A stretch of 48,728 bases of DNA, the filler included, from Stramenopiles sp. TOSAG23-3 (Eukaryota), in NCBI GenBank assembly GCA_900128585.1. It is 4 parts of 4 records of this genome, joined end to end, with 100 filler letters (N's around TTAATTAATTAA, not from the genome) between each part and the next. Parts side by side here need not be neighbours in the genome. Positions count along the whole stretch, not along the records: positions 1 to 22,278 come from LT642340.1; 3 more parts are not named here. One strand, 5' to 3'. Shown piece by piece: positions 1-11,014 of the stretch. The notes under the pieces were generated by a model. That model had not been told where the DNA came from. It saw only the letters and a program-made list of their open reading frames with translations, and made no database searches. A program made the position numbers and the translations under genes. How positions within the stretch are numbered: position 1 is the stretch's first letter; every line of letters begins with the position of its first letter.

Positions 1-53
1 TGAATATGCATATATGACAGAAGATATTTTTAGAAAAACACGCCATCGTATTT

Positions 54-77
54 AAAACAAAAAATTGGCTATTATTT
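54..77 (+). repeat. Dispersed 3'-flank element copy (partial)
   Basis: AAAACAAAAAATTGGCTATTATTT. Confidence 0.7.
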
Positions 78-130
78 GGAGAAAAGTTCGCAGTACATGA
101 AGGAACGTAAACCTTTAATGGACAAAATCT

Positions 131-161
131 ATTACTTAAATAACAGCCAATTTTCTTGTTT
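131..161 (-). repeat. Dispersed 3'-flank element, downstream of the Kelch gene
   Basis: rc AAACAAGAAAATTGGCTGTTATTTAAGTAAT. Confidence 0.9.
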
Positions 162-189
162 CTTTTAGTTCAGAGAATATTTGAGTGAC

Positions 190-2826
190 TTACGCCACTG
201 CTTTGAATTTAGAAAACGAGTGTGCAGGAAGCGGTGTTTCAGCAGGTACAGTTATCCCATTCGAATCTAAGAGCGTACTGTTTTTCCGCTGCATGAGCAT
301 CTTGTTTTGATGTAAAGTTTCGCCCTCCTCTTGCAGTAGACGTATTTCCTCCTCTTGCGCGGAAATCATTCGCTCGAAATCCATCTTCTCTTCGCGTATT
401 GAATCCAGTTTTGCTTTCAGGTCTGTTTTCTTCTTTTCCTGCTCATCGATCGAAATCCTTAACAAACCTATGTCTTTTGAAACTTGCTCGTCCTCCAATT
501 CAATCCCATCACCAATGGAATTAAGCCGCTCCATGTCACTCTGCAATCTTGAAATTATCCCTGCGGCTTCGTTTCCCATTTCACGGTACCGTTCCTTCGC
601 AGACCGCTGAAAGTCAGCCCGCTGCTTTGCTTCATTGTAATTTTTTTCAGAAAGTTTTAATTGGGACAACATTTTCGAAGCCACCTCTCTCGCTTGCTGT
701 TCTCTACTTGTTGCTATATCCAGAAGCTTTAACTCTTGCTTCTCCTCGAGTTCATATTGTTTTCTATCTACTAAAGCTTCCCGCCCTTTCTCATCAATGC
801 TATGCTTGAACTGTTGATGCGACCCGATGAGTTTTGTGTATGCTTCATCCAAGCTGGCAGCAGTAGCTATGTTTTTCTCTATTTCTACTCGTTTCACCTC
901 CTCATTTGAAACCGTAGTGCCATCTATTCGCCTGGCTTGTTCTTGGGCGTACTGCCCGGATTGCTTGGATGCCACAGTGCCGTAGCCCAATACTGCGGCA
1001 TTTTGAGGTGGCGACACAGCTACTGACTCCGCTTCCGTTAAGAAGAATCCCCCCTTTTTTGGTGATGATTTATTCACTATGCTCGGAAAGACCAAATTTA
1101 GTGGTCGTGCATCCTGTGAAGTTTCGAAACGGGAAGCTTTTTCGGAAACAATTGGAGATGCGGTGCCTCTGGAATCAACGAGAGAATTTCTTCGGAGAAG
1201 CTCCATGTGCGCTTGCCTCCCTGCCCTTTTGTTCCTTGCAAGGTCCTCATCTTCCATACTTCGCCACGACTTTAACTTCCTACGATCTCTTGCTGGCATA
1301 AGCGATTTTTTAGCGGCGCAGTAAGACGGAGAAAGCGACATGGAAATAGCACGGGTTCTTGGGCTGTTCTGAACTCCTGGAGACGACGGGTTTTCACCAG
1401 GGGGTGCAAAGTGAACCATTTCTAACCCTTTCTTGGGGATTCTGGAGTGCGTCCCGTTTTTGTCTGCTCCTTTTGTCGGTGCATTCGCGTCGCTGCCAGT
1501 AAAGATAAAATCTGCACCTAGACTGCTGCTCTTTCCCTCTTTTGCACCACTGGTAGTTGAATGTGTTGGCGTTTTTGCATCGCTTTGAGTTGTATCGGTA
1601 GAGCTGCTCGATACACTTTCATTCACTTTCAGCTCACCGCTTGTGAACTGGCATTTCGAAATCAGATCACTAACATCAAGGTTCATAAAATCTCCATGGC
1701 AGATAGGCCAGCAGCATCCTCCAAAGACATACAAACCGCTTCCATCAATTTGGCCCGCTGCATGCCCTTCTCTCGGTTTAAGTAGTGCCCCGGGAGTTTC
1801 CATCAAAGAGTACCAAGCCATTGACTGCAGATTCAAAATGTGCACGTCGTTTGACCAGCCAACATTATACCCCCCAACAACAAGCATTAAATCACCAATC
1901 AGAGTTGCCGTGTGGCCGTATCTAGCTGTTGGGGGGGACCTTGTCTTTACCTTTTTCCACGTACCGGAAACTAAATTCAAGACAAACAAGTCGTTAAACC
2001 GCTGCTTCCCATCGTAGCCGCCAAAAATTACGACCCGTTCCTTCCAAGAAACTGCGGAATAAGCTGTGCGGGGGGACGGTGCCCTTCCGCGAGGGGGGGG
2101 GCAGCTGTAATCTCCAGTCAATAAATTAAGTTTGTAATATTCCAATATCCCAGACGATTTTGCTTTCTTAGATTCTGAGAACAAAATAAGGTCGCCCAAG
2201 GCACCATATGGGGCTTCCATTTGTACACAAGTCCACAGTAGACGAGAATTCAAATGCATTGATACCCCAGTGCCAATCACCCGGGCCCACTCTCCCGAGT
2301 CCAGGTCCAGCTTGAACGCGTCCTTTATCGGGTCTCCTTTCTTCGTCCTGCCTCCAAGTACGTAAAGGTGTCCTTCAACTATTGCGGAGCAATGCTGGTG
2401 CCTTGGAGACGGGCAATCCCCCCCGGCTTCTATCTTCGTCCACCTCTTTGATTCCATGTTGTAAATGTAAGTGTCGTTGAATAACTGCCCCCGACCCGAG
2501 TCACCCATGGTAGTAATCCCCCCGAAAACCACAATACTACGATTTTGGTAAATGTCTATACTATGCCCTTTCCGACCACAAGGGGAATTGGCTTTACCGC
2601 CTTCACCTTTTTGAACCATGACTTTATTCCACATCGAGTACAAGTCATTTTCATCATTAGATGACGTCGCCGATGCGCTTGAACTACCGCGCCTCCTCAT
2701 ACGACCATGCTGAGACGATTTTTTGCCACGACGGCGCTTCTCGTCTCCCGTTTCCTTCGTCCGGTGGCGCGTGCGAATCTTCTGGTTCGTCAAGTAGTCT
2801 CGTGAAAAAGTAGGAAGAAACGACAT
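190..2826 (-). CDS. Kelch-repeat beta-propeller protein with low-complexity linker and C-terminal coiled coil
   Basis: Uninterrupted ORF. Repeated Kelch motifs (IVVFGG, LYVLGG, VVIFGGYDG, MLVVGG, LYVFGG; PSPRHQH, PTARYGH, PREGHAA). E/K/Q-rich heptad C-terminus. First ATG at 2826 (track start 2832 is TTG). Confidence 0.9.
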   Translation of the reverse strand: MSFLPTFSRDYLTNQKIRTRHRTKETGDEKRRRGKKSSQHGRMRRRGSSSASATSSNDENDLYSMWNKVMVQKGEGGKANSPCGRKGHSIDIYQNRSIVVFGGITTMGDSGRGQLFNDTYIYNMESKRWTKIEAGGDCPSPRHQHCSAIVEGHLYVLGGRTKKGDPIKDAFKLDLDSGEWARVIGTGVSMHLNSRLLWTCVQMEAPYGALGDLILFSESKKAKSSGILEYYKLNLLTGDYSCPPPRGRAPSPRTAYSAVSWKERVVIFGGYDGKQRFNDLFVLNLVSGTWKKVKTRSPPTARYGHTATLIGDLMLVVGGYNVGWSNDVHILNLQSMAWYSLMETPGALLKPREGHAAGQIDGSGLYVFGGCCWPICHGDFMNLDVSDLISKCQFTSGELKVNESVSSSSTDTTQSDAKTPTHSTTSGAKEGKSSSLGADFIFTGSDANAPTKGADKNGTHSRIPKKGLEMVHFAPPGENPSSPGVQNSPRTRAISMSLSPSYCAAKKSLMPARDRRKLKSWRSMEDEDLARNKRAGRQAHMELLRRNSLVDSRGTASPIVSEKASRFETSQDARPLNLVFPSIVNKSSPKKGGFFLTEAESVAVSPPQNAAVLGYGTVASKQSGQYAQEQARRIDGTTVSNEEVKRVEIEKNIATAASLDEAYTKLIGSHQQFKHSIDEKGREALVDRKQYELEEKQELKLLDIATSREQQAREVASKMLSQLKLSEKNYNEAKQRADFQRSAKERYREMGNEAAGIISRLQSDMERLNSIGDGIELEDEQVSKDIGLLRISIDEQEKKKTDLKAKLDSIREEKMDFERMISAQEEEIRLLQEEGETLHQNKMLMQRKNSTLLDSNGITVPAETPLPAHSFSKFKAVA

Positions 2827-3740
2827 TTTCAAAAAGCTAATCCAACCACAAATGCCTCGGAAAACATAGACAAAATTCCTATTGTTTTATTTCGTTGTTA
2901 ATAGTTCTTTGTCATTTCTCCTTTTTAAACTAAAAACTGGGCTTTCCTCTCTTCTCAAAAAAAGTAGACAAGAAAGAAGAAAAAAAGAAGATGATGAAAG
3001 ACGACGACTACTTACTACTACTAATAATAAAAAAATATAATATATTCATCATATACCAATAATAGTTATAAATAATAATATAATAATAATAATAATTATT
3101 ATTAATAAATAATCATCTCACCACATCATCATCTCATCCATCAAAATCATTCATCATTCATCACATTATAATAAAAATAAATATCAAAAAAAAAATAATA
3201 AAAAATTGTTGGAGAGATTTAAGTCTTAATCGATGGTATCGTTATGTAAAATTAAACTTTGATTTTCGTGAGCTTTATTTACAACATCCAATAGCAGCAG
3301 GAACGAAACATAAATCTCGCCAACTACAGGCAATAGCGTCAAAATCCACCGAAACGACTATAATAATAATAATAAAAAAAAAAAGCCGGAGGACGACGGA
3401 GGACCCAACCAACGCCCAACGCCCCCGAAGAACGGCAAATCTTGAATCATGTACGAGGAGTAGTTCACCCCAAAAGTGGACAAGTCATCCATCTCAGGAT
3501 TTTGATGCTTAGTCTCTCAACAAATATATATAAAAATAAAATTAGCACAGTGATATAGTATACACAAATATATACAGCGATGGGAGCGATTCAATCATCG
3601 AATAGTTTTCCATAATTTCAATTTCATTTAACACCAAGTGTAGAAGAAGTTGAAGAAGAGGAACGTCGCGAACGACAACAGAACGAGCAAAGAACTGGAG
3701 GGGGGAAAGATTGTAAAGGAAAAAACAGAAATTCAGACAA

Positions 3741-4475
3741 ATGAAGAAAAAGAGGAAAAAAGGAAAGCCGAAGCAATCGCAACAAAGCTCCGGGAGAAGT
3801 GTTGCGGCCCAGCCGCTTATAGAGGCCCTTTTTGTCCACGCGGGCGAACAATTCAAGTCGAGCGGGGGGTTTAAGACAACCGTTCCAACCATGGAGAAGA
3901 AAAAAATAATGGACGAAAGTATTTTTGAAATTAAAAATGTCTTGAGCGAAAAAGAAGCTGGATCAATCATAGAAGCGGCCGAAAAGCAGGGATTTGTTAA
4001 CTCCTTCCAACGCGAAACTCGCGAGTGTGCTCACCGAGATAATGGCCGCATTCAGTTTTACTCAAACATTATTGCCGAATCGATGTGGGACCGGATATCG
4101 CCGTTTCTGCCGGAAAATATAAATGGCAAGGGGCCCACTGGTCTTTCCAATAATTTTAGATTGTACAAATACGAAAAAGGCCAACGGTTCGGCCAACATA
4201 TTGACGAGAGTGTACAAGTGAAGAACGGCCAGGATTGGACGCTGTACACGTTGCTCATTTATTTGAATGGTCCAGAGAGTGGTTTGAGGGGAGGCGAAAC
4301 TTTCTTTTACGAAGAAGGTTCGCGAGGTGGGGCGGGAAACGTCCTTCTCTCTTACAGTCCAAAAATGGGGCATGTGCTTTGCCACATCCATGGAGAGTTT
4401 TGCTTGCTGCATGAAGGCGGCGAGGTGACAAGTGGTGTCAAGTATTTGATGAGGACAGACGTGACTTACGCCTGA
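3741..4475 (+). CDS. 2OG-Fe(II) oxygenase, prolyl-4-hydroxylase-like
   Basis: FRLYKYEKGQRFGQHID (HxD), TLLIYLN, GGETFF, LHEG (distal His), KYLMRTDV. Confidence 0.9.
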   Translation: MKKKRKKGKPKQSQQSSGRSVAAQPLIEALFVHAGEQFKSSGGFKTTVPTMEKKKIMDESIFEIKNVLSEKEAGSIIEAAEKQGFVNSFQRETRECAHRDNGRIQFYSNIIAESMWDRISPFLPENINGKGPTGLSNNFRLYKYEKGQRFGQHIDESVQVKNGQDWTLYTLLIYLNGPESGLRGGETFFYEEGSRGGAGNVLLSYSPKMGHVLCHIHGEFCLLHEGGEVTSGVKYLMRTDVTYA

Positions 4476-4610
4476 AGTGTCTAAGAGCAGGTAAGAATCT
4501 TAGGAATGCATTGTTACCCCCCTGCCACAAATTGGGGGCTGAGGAGTATCAGTGGAAAAGAAGAGGTAAACTTAAGTTAATCTTTGTAGGCTGCAATGTT
4601 TTAAACTTAA

Positions 4611-4655
4611 AAAACAAGAAAATTGGCTGTTATTTAAGTAATTAAATTTAGCTTC
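4611..4655 (+). repeat. Dispersed 3'-flank element, downstream of the 2OG oxygenase
   Basis: AAAACAAGAAAATTGGCTGTTATTTAAGTAATTAAATTTAGCTTC. Confidence 0.9.
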
Positions 4656-4805
4656 TTAAGCTTACTCTTAAGAATCTTAGCGGCAAATATGAAAAAAACT
4701 ATTTTTTATAACACGTAATTAGTACATAATATGTACTTTGTACGAAGCAAGTTCTTACTAAATGCGTGCTGCGTGCTTCCTTTTTATAATATAATTCCGA
4801 TAATT

Positions 4806-4830
4806 TTAAATAACAGCCAATTTTTTGTTT
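4806..4830 (-). repeat. Dispersed 3'-flank element, downstream of kinesin
   Basis: rc AAACAAAAAATTGGCTGTTATTTAA. Confidence 0.85.
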
Positions 4831-4947
4831 GATTATAATTTCTCGAAAAAGTAAACTGATCAAATCATACATTTGGGCGCGCGCGAACAGTTGTGCGTTG
4901 GCAATGCCAAGTTTCCAATACCCTGTCAATCCAACAGCACAGTGTAA

Positions 4948-7900
4948 TTACCGGCGTTGTCGTTTCGTGTTGCCAGACATCCCTGGTCGAGGGCGGCTAT
5001 TGCCCTGGCTGCTCCCTGTGCTGCGACCGGGGGCTGTCGATGGTCGCTTTGTGTTTGATGCAGCAACGTTCTTTTTCGCCCGGCCAAGTTCAGTTTGGTT
5101 AACGCTCTTCGCAAAACGAAGAGAGCATAGTGTTTCGTTAGAAGATTTTGTGGTGGGTGACACGTTCACGATCATCATCGTTTTTCCGTGACCACTCAAA
5201 CACCCTTGCAGCATGAACGTCAATTTGCTGTTTCGAAAAGGAACGTGCTTGCTCTTCTTTGCCAGAGCATTGAAAACGTCGACCAAACTACTTAGACTTT
5301 TGTTGATCGCCAACGTTTCCTTCAAACGATCGCCAGTTACCCCAGACCGATCCAAACGTTCGCTACCAGCGAGGTCCACCAAGTTCAACATTCCATGAGC
5401 TACAGTCTTTCGCTTTTCATTAACACCTTTGATTCGAAGAATAAAGCAGCAATGGCTGCGGCTCGAGTTTTGGTTCATCGCGGTGCTAGCAACAGATTTG
5501 TTTCTTTGCGCCCGCGCCAGAAGCCCTTCCAGCTGAGAATAGTCGTTAAGCCCTTCCGTCTCCAAATTATCGATTTCAACTCCCTGCTTCGTTTGGCGAA
5601 TGGTGTATTTTACATTTTCCTTCCCTTTCACTTTGAAGAGATCGTTCACAGTTTCATTGTAGATCTCCAAAAAAGACGTAGTGATGGTGTATTCCCACCC
5701 GTCCTCTTTCATGGCCTCTGACGTCGCCAAAATCTTTTCGACCGCCCTGGGAATGAGACCACGCATTTCACCGTGACCGCCTTGCATGGTGTGCGTTTTT
5801 CCCGAACCAGTTTGCCCGTAACTAAAGATACATACCTGGTAACCGTCCAGGGCGCTCTGCACCAAGTCAGACACGTCCTCGAATACGTCTTTCTGGGTCG
5901 TTTTGTTGTCAAAAACTTTGTCGAACTCATAGTTGATGTCGTCCTTTTTGGGGTCATTCCTTTCCAGCGACACAAACTGTGTCTTTTTGTCGCACATAAC
6001 AATACCGTGGTCGTTCGTTTCTTCTTCTGGCTCTTTGCCCAACAGCGGGCGCACTCGGACGGCAACGCGAACGTTTCCTCGCAATTCCGAAACTAAATTA
6101 TGCAGTTTCCTTCGCTCTGCCTCTCGAGCAAATATTTTCTCTTCTAATTCTTTGATTTTTTCTTCAGCCGCTTGCAAATGAAGTGCATGCTCAGACGCGG
6201 TACCTAAACGCTTCTTCAGCGTCTCATTTTCTACGGATAGTTTACAAATCTTTTGCAGTTGGTCGTGCTGAGAAGCACCTTGGTTGGCAGTGAAAGCTTC
6301 GATTTGAGTTTCCAGAGAGTCTTTTTTGTCGGTGACAAAGCGCAGGTTGTTCTTGCACTCCCTCAGCTCTTCTCCCGTGCTTTCGATTTTCTTCGACATT
6401 TCCTTTGAAGTCGTCTCTAGCTTAACAGACAGGGTGACCTTCTCCTTTCTTAATCCATCTAGCTCGGCCTCAAAATTTTCGATTTGAAGCTTTTGAGTCT
6501 TCACCGTGCTGTTCGCAGCATTCAGCTCGTCACCCAGCTTTGCCTTTTCTTCGACCAAAGCTTCATTTTTCACATTCAATGTTGTCACAGAGTTTTGCAG
6601 CCCGGTTCGCTCCTCTTCCAACTTTTTGATGTTGTTCGTCGCCTCTTCAAAATCACGCGTGAGCTTTGTAAGTTCCGCCTGTGTTTGCGTCAACGTTTGC
6701 TCGAGCTCCCTGCGTTCCGCAACGACAGTGCCGAGCTTTTCCGCCAACTGCACTTTTTCTAATCGAAACTCTTCGCACCGTTTTTCGCTCATTTGCAGAG
6801 TCTGCTTCAAACCCTCGGTCATTCCTGCCGACTGGGAATCTTTGTCATGCAAGCGCTCTTTAAGGTGGGCAATTTCTGAGTTGTGGGTTGCAGCGGCAAT
6901 TTCTTGCTTGTGCAACGTCTCCTTCTGCTCCGCCAGCTGCGCTTGAAGCGAGGTGATTTCTTCCCTCGCCGCAAACTCCTTGCTTTCCAGCACAACATAG
7001 TTACTACCTGCCGACGTTAGTTCTGCTATTTTCCCAGAAAGTTCTGCCTGAACAGACGCTATCTTATCGTGAAGAGAGGCTTTTTCTGCTTCAAACGTTT
7101 GTCGAATCGCTTCCTTTGCCTTTTCTGCCTCTTCTGCGTCGTGCGATGCTTTCTGGTCGAACTTGGCCTGCTGCTCGAGGCATTCTTCCTTCTTGATCGC
7201 CAAGGCTTTGCTCACATTTTCAAGTTTTTCCTTGGTCACAGCATCTTCTTGGGTGAGCGTCGCGAGCTTTTGGGCGTACTCCTCGATCTTTTTTTCCAGA
7301 TCCTGTGCCTTTTTGTCCAGTTGTTCCCGTGCTTTCTTAAACTCGACCTTTTCCGTGGCGAAATTTGAGCTTTCCGACGACAACATCTGAACTTTCATGT
7401 TCAAAGTGTTGACTTCTTGCTCCAACGAGCGACAAGAGGCGGACAGCATGTCTTGTTCGGCCCGAAGCCTGTAGTTCTGCTTATCGATTTGGTTTTCGAC
7501 GATCTTGACCTGCTCAATGAACTTCTTCACCGGCTGAATGCAGTTTCCTCCGGCAGATTTTCGCAAATCCATCCATGCCGCCTTAAATGCGTCTGCACGC
7601 TTTTTGTGGTCGTACTTTGCCCCTTTGGGAATGTTGGGGAATTTGTTTACCTGTTTGCGGAACTCGTCCACTGCCAACTCCACGCCATCGGCTAGGTCGG
7701 TGAGTTGTCCCTGCGTGCTGTCAAAATTGTCCGTTTCTGGGCACCCTTTTGCTTGCTTCCGGGCCGAGCGCTGTTTTGTATGCGAGGTGGAAGTCCTGCT
7801 GCGGGTCTTCTTGTGGCTTCCAGACTTGGACAACGTTGGAATCTTCGACTGCACGGGGGTTGCATTGCGCACACCAAGCACCTTCTTTTTTGGAACGGAC

Positions 7901-8064
7901 TGGCCGTTCGCAATTTTGGATTTTTTCTCAACGATGTTTCCATTGTTCTCTTTTTGCTCGCCACTATCAGACATGTCTCGTTCCGAAGACTTCCTCTTCA
8001 AGCGCCGTGACTGTTCCGTCGTCGTCGTTGAAAACTTAACGGAAGGGGGTACAATAGAACTCAT
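4948..8064 (-). CDS. Kinesin-14 (C-terminal, minus-end motor; KIFC1/Kar3/Ncd type)
   Basis: Basic tail, long coiled coil, neck ERRKLHNLVSELRGNVRVAVRVRP, P-loop YGQTGSGKT, NSSRSH, LVDLAGSER, HVPFRNSKLT. Confidence 0.96.
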   Translation of the reverse strand: MSSIVPPSVKFSTTTTEQSRRLKRKSSERDMSDSGEQKENNGNIVEKKSKIANGQSVPKKKVLGVRNATPVQSKIPTLSKSGSHKKTRSRTSTSHTKQRSARKQAKGCPETDNFDSTQGQLTDLADGVELAVDEFRKQVNKFPNIPKGAKYDHKKRADAFKAAWMDLRKSAGGNCIQPVKKFIEQVKIVENQIDKQNYRLRAEQDMLSASCRSLEQEVNTLNMKVQMLSSESSNFATEKVEFKKAREQLDKKAQDLEKKIEEYAQKLATLTQEDAVTKEKLENVSKALAIKKEECLEQQAKFDQKASHDAEEAEKAKEAIRQTFEAEKASLHDKIASVQAELSGKIAELTSAGSNYVVLESKEFAAREEITSLQAQLAEQKETLHKQEIAAATHNSEIAHLKERLHDKDSQSAGMTEGLKQTLQMSEKRCEEFRLEKVQLAEKLGTVVAERRELEQTLTQTQAELTKLTRDFEEATNNIKKLEEERTGLQNSVTTLNVKNEALVEEKAKLGDELNAANSTVKTQKLQIENFEAELDGLRKEKVTLSVKLETTSKEMSKKIESTGEELRECKNNLRFVTDKKDSLETQIEAFTANQGASQHDQLQKICKLSVENETLKKRLGTASEHALHLQAAEEKIKELEEKIFAREAERRKLHNLVSELRGNVRVAVRVRPLLGKEPEEETNDHGIVMCDKKTQFVSLERNDPKKDDINYEFDKVFDNKTTQKDVFEDVSDLVQSALDGYQVCIFSYGQTGSGKTHTMQGGHGEMRGLIPRAVEKILATSEAMKEDGWEYTITTSFLEIYNETVNDLFKVKGKENVKYTIRQTKQGVEIDNLETEGLNDYSQLEGLLARAQRNKSVASTAMNQNSSRSHCCFILRIKGVNEKRKTVAHGMLNLVDLAGSERLDRSGVTGDRLKETLAINKSLSSLVDVFNALAKKSKHVPFRNSKLTFMLQGCLSGHGKTMMIVNVSPTTKSSNETLCSLRFAKSVNQTELGRAKKNVAASNTKRPSTAPGRSTGSSQGNSRPRPGMSGNTKRQRR

Positions 8065-9241
8065 GTTTTACAAATTCAAACAATTTGTCTCAAAAGGCTG
8101 TGGATTGTTTTAAAGTGTTATGATACGCTTTTCGCTTAATACGTCAACTAAGTTTCGTTGTTGACTTTGCTGTTTCTTTAATCGTCCTTTCTCCTAAAAA
8201 TCTACAAGAGTTATCGTTTTTACTGCAGACGTATATATATAGATTGAACGTAAGAATTTTCCCTGCGCATCAGTTTTTTGTGATTGTTGTTCGTTGTGTT
8301 TTCATCTTACGTATATATTTTATTATTATTATTTTTTTTCTATTTTATTTATAGTAGTTGTTGTTGTTATTTCTCCTTCTTCTTCTTAAACACAACAACA
8401 ACAACAACGAAAAGAATTCCAGGCAGCGGTGTTAGTTAGATAAAGAAATAAATTATGATTTAAACATTACACAGCATTGGAACTAATGATTTAGTTTATT
8501 TTCTTAACGTTTCTTTTTTTCTTTCTTTCTTCCTTCTTCTTTCTGCCTTATTTTTTATTATTATTTTATTTTATTATTTGGACCATTATTTCTCTTTCGC
8601 ACTTCTTCTTCTGTGGTTGGTGTATTATTTCATTTAGAAGATCCATCCTTAATTGTTTAAATGCTATTTCTATATTATACTAATGAAAAGTGTCTGGTGG
8701 TATTGTGTTACATTATATTAATAGTAATTATTTTATAATAAAATATATTTTATTCTTCAAAATATTCTTCTTTCTATTTTAATTTAATTTTTTATAAATA
8801 CTGTATTTATAATTGAAAAAAAGAAGATAAAATTATTATCTTTTACATTTTATAAATAGGAAATATGTATAGCAATAATATTTCTAAATATTACTTGTAT
8901 TTCAATATAGTATACTAATTTATTATATCTATAGGAATGTATTATGGAATTTAGTTCATAAGCCCATCCTCATAGTGGATATAGCCCTGCCCGACAGAAC
9001 GAAGAATGAAGAAAAGGGTCATATTGAGGTTTTAATAGGTAAGTAGGTAGGTAGGTTGGTTTAATAGGGTAGGTAGGTAGAAATAGTTAATTAATACAGG
9101 TAAATAGTAAGGAAGGAAGTGTTTTTTTTATTTTTATTCGATGAAGAAGAAAAGTGCGCGTGTTCATTCAATGTTCATTCATTCCTTGTTGTTACATAGA
9201 CACAGTATAAAGTTGCGACTCTCTCTTACGAAAAAAGAGAC

Positions 9242-9335
9242 GAAGAAGAAGAAGAAGAAGAAGAAGAAGAAGAAGAAGAAGAAGAAGAAGAAGAAGAAGA
9301 AGAAGAAGAAGAAGAAAGAAGAAGAAGAAGAAGAA
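9242..9335 (+). repeat. (GAA)n microsatellite
   Basis: Read directly from the sequence. Confidence 0.95.
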
Positions 9336-9745
9336 AGAGAAACGAGGGAGGAGGAAGGAGGAGGGATGAAAAAAAAGAAGAAGAAGAGAAAAAAAGAAGA
9401 AGAAAAAAAGCCTACCTCTTATATACCGGTACTATTTACCTGTATTTATAATTCGGTCGGTGGTCTTCGTCGTCGATGATGTAGTACTACTTCGAGTACT
9501 ACGAGTACTACACAAGTAAGTAAGTAAAATTTTGTTGTTGTCGAAAAAGAGTTCAACTTGAATTTTTTTCAGGTGTTTGGTATTGTACATAAAGCGTAAG
9601 AATGATAAAGAGTGAGCGGTTTGCTTCTATCGCTTACATACATAAACGTACCTGTTACTTATTGGTAGGAATATTTTCTTTTACCGTTTGTGGTAACTCC
9701 TTTTTTCTGCTTTTTGCGTTTGTGCTCGTCCAGACGATTGCCACG

Positions 9746-11014
9746 ATGCCCCTTTTGACTCCCGGTTTTCGGTATGCGCCCGACGGTGCTTTGCGCCTAC
9801 GACTCATTTTTGCCCTTTTCATGGTGGCTGCCTCGGGGGTGCGTGCTTTTTCTGACAAATACAAGCAATTTCATGGCATCGGTACACTTCGTCAGTTGGC
9901 AAAAAACAATGGGAAATACATCGGTTCCTGTTCTCGCATTGAAGCGCTGACGGACCCAGGGGACCCGACATACTTGACCACACTGGGCGCTCAGTTTTCT
10001 TTGGTGACGGCTGAGAACCAGTGCAAGTTTGCAGAAACGGAGCCTATAGATAAAAACTATTCGTTTACTGGCTGCAATACCATTCTTTCGGCCGCGGTGG
10101 ATGCCACCCAGCTGATGCGTGGCCACAACCTGGTGTGGGGGAAGCTAAACCCCCCGTGGCTCACGCAGAGCAACTTTACGTCCGCTCAGAGCGCAACAAT
10201 TTTACAAAACCACGTGGACACCGTCCTGAAATTCTACGGGGGGAAAGCCTTCGTCTGGGACGTTGTGAACGAGGCAGTCAGTGACGACCCCGTTCTAAAT
10301 GGGACATTCAAATATAATGACTGGTACCCACAGGTGAAAGATTATGTCGATCTGGCGTTCACTAAGGCCGGAGCTTCCCGCGCGAACGGGGTGAAACTAT
10401 TTTACAACGATTACAACATTGCCTCAGGCTATGGCCTGTTCGCGCCAAAAAGCCAAGCTGTCTACGACTTGCTCTCCGATATGCGTAAGAGGGGCATTCC
10501 TGTCGATGGCATAGGGCTCCAATTGCACATCGATATCAACTACGACCTCATGCTGGGCGTGGTCCACAATTTGAAGCGCCTGGCAGCCCTGGGGCTGACC
10601 ATCCACATGACCGAAATAGACGTGTCGTGCAACGCATACCCGCTCCCCTGCGAACAATGGACTGAAAAAGAGGAAACCATGCAAGCAGAAGTATATGCTG
10701 CTCTGATGCAGGCATGTTTGGATGAACCGATGTGCGAATCGTTTGAACTGTGGGGCTTTACCGACAAGTACTCCTGGCGTGGAGAGTCCCAGCACCCTTT
10801 GTTGTACAACGCGGACTATTCCCCGAAGCTGGCGGTTACTGCCTTGGCTGACACGCTATCGGGAAACCAGACTTGGGTCAACAACTACTACAACCGTGTC
10901 AACAGCACCAGCTCGGTAGACGGTGGGGATCTGGGTGCCCACCCTCGTGCAAATGCAGCCAGGCTGTCCGAACGCTCATGGGTCAACACTTTCCATGGTT
11001 TGGCTTCCATCTAG
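9746..11014 (+). CDS. Glycoside hydrolase family 10 endo-1,4-beta-xylanase, probably secreted
   Basis: TAENQCK, RGHNLVW, WDVVNEA (acid/base Glu), LFYNDYN, DGIGLQLH, MTEIDV (nucleophile Glu), WGFTDKYSW. Hydrophobic LRLIFALFMVAASGVRA follows ATG 9746; the ORF is open from 9602, so the start is uncertain. Confidence 0.93.
   Translation: MPLLTPGFRYAPDGALRLRLIFALFMVAASGVRAFSDKYKQFHGIGTLRQLAKNNGKYIGSCSRIEALTDPGDPTYLTTLGAQFSLVTAENQCKFAETEPIDKNYSFTGCNTILSAAVDATQLMRGHNLVWGKLNPPWLTQSNFTSAQSATILQNHVDTVLKFYGGKAFVWDVVNEAVSDDPVLNGTFKYNDWYPQVKDYVDLAFTKAGASRANGVKLFYNDYNIASGYGLFAPKSQAVYDLLSDMRKRGIPVDGIGLQLHIDINYDLMLGVVHNLKRLAALGLTIHMTEIDVSCNAYPLPCEQWTEKEETMQAEVYAALMQACLDEPMCESFELWGFTDKYSWRGESQHPLLYNADYSPKLAVTALADTLSGNQTWVNNYYNRVNSTSSVDGGDLGAHPRANAARLSERSWVNTFHGLASI

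Noticed and set aside
4611-4830. Inverted pair of the dispersed element as MITE terminal inverted repeats (also 54-161 and 27298-27492)
   Set aside because: Interiors differ between pairs, I saw no TSDs, and solo copies exist. One sense-oriented copy per convergent gene explains the inversion more simply. Not fully excluded.
7538-8113. Long antisense ORFs (also 27946-28521, 36210-36860, 47226-47741)
   Set aside because: Shadows of confident genes on the opposite strand, with no independent motifs.
9141-9479. Poly-Lys ORF (and similar ORFs at 15424-15783, 29460-29857, 30216-30536, 44285-44602)
   Set aside because: Translations of microsatellites.
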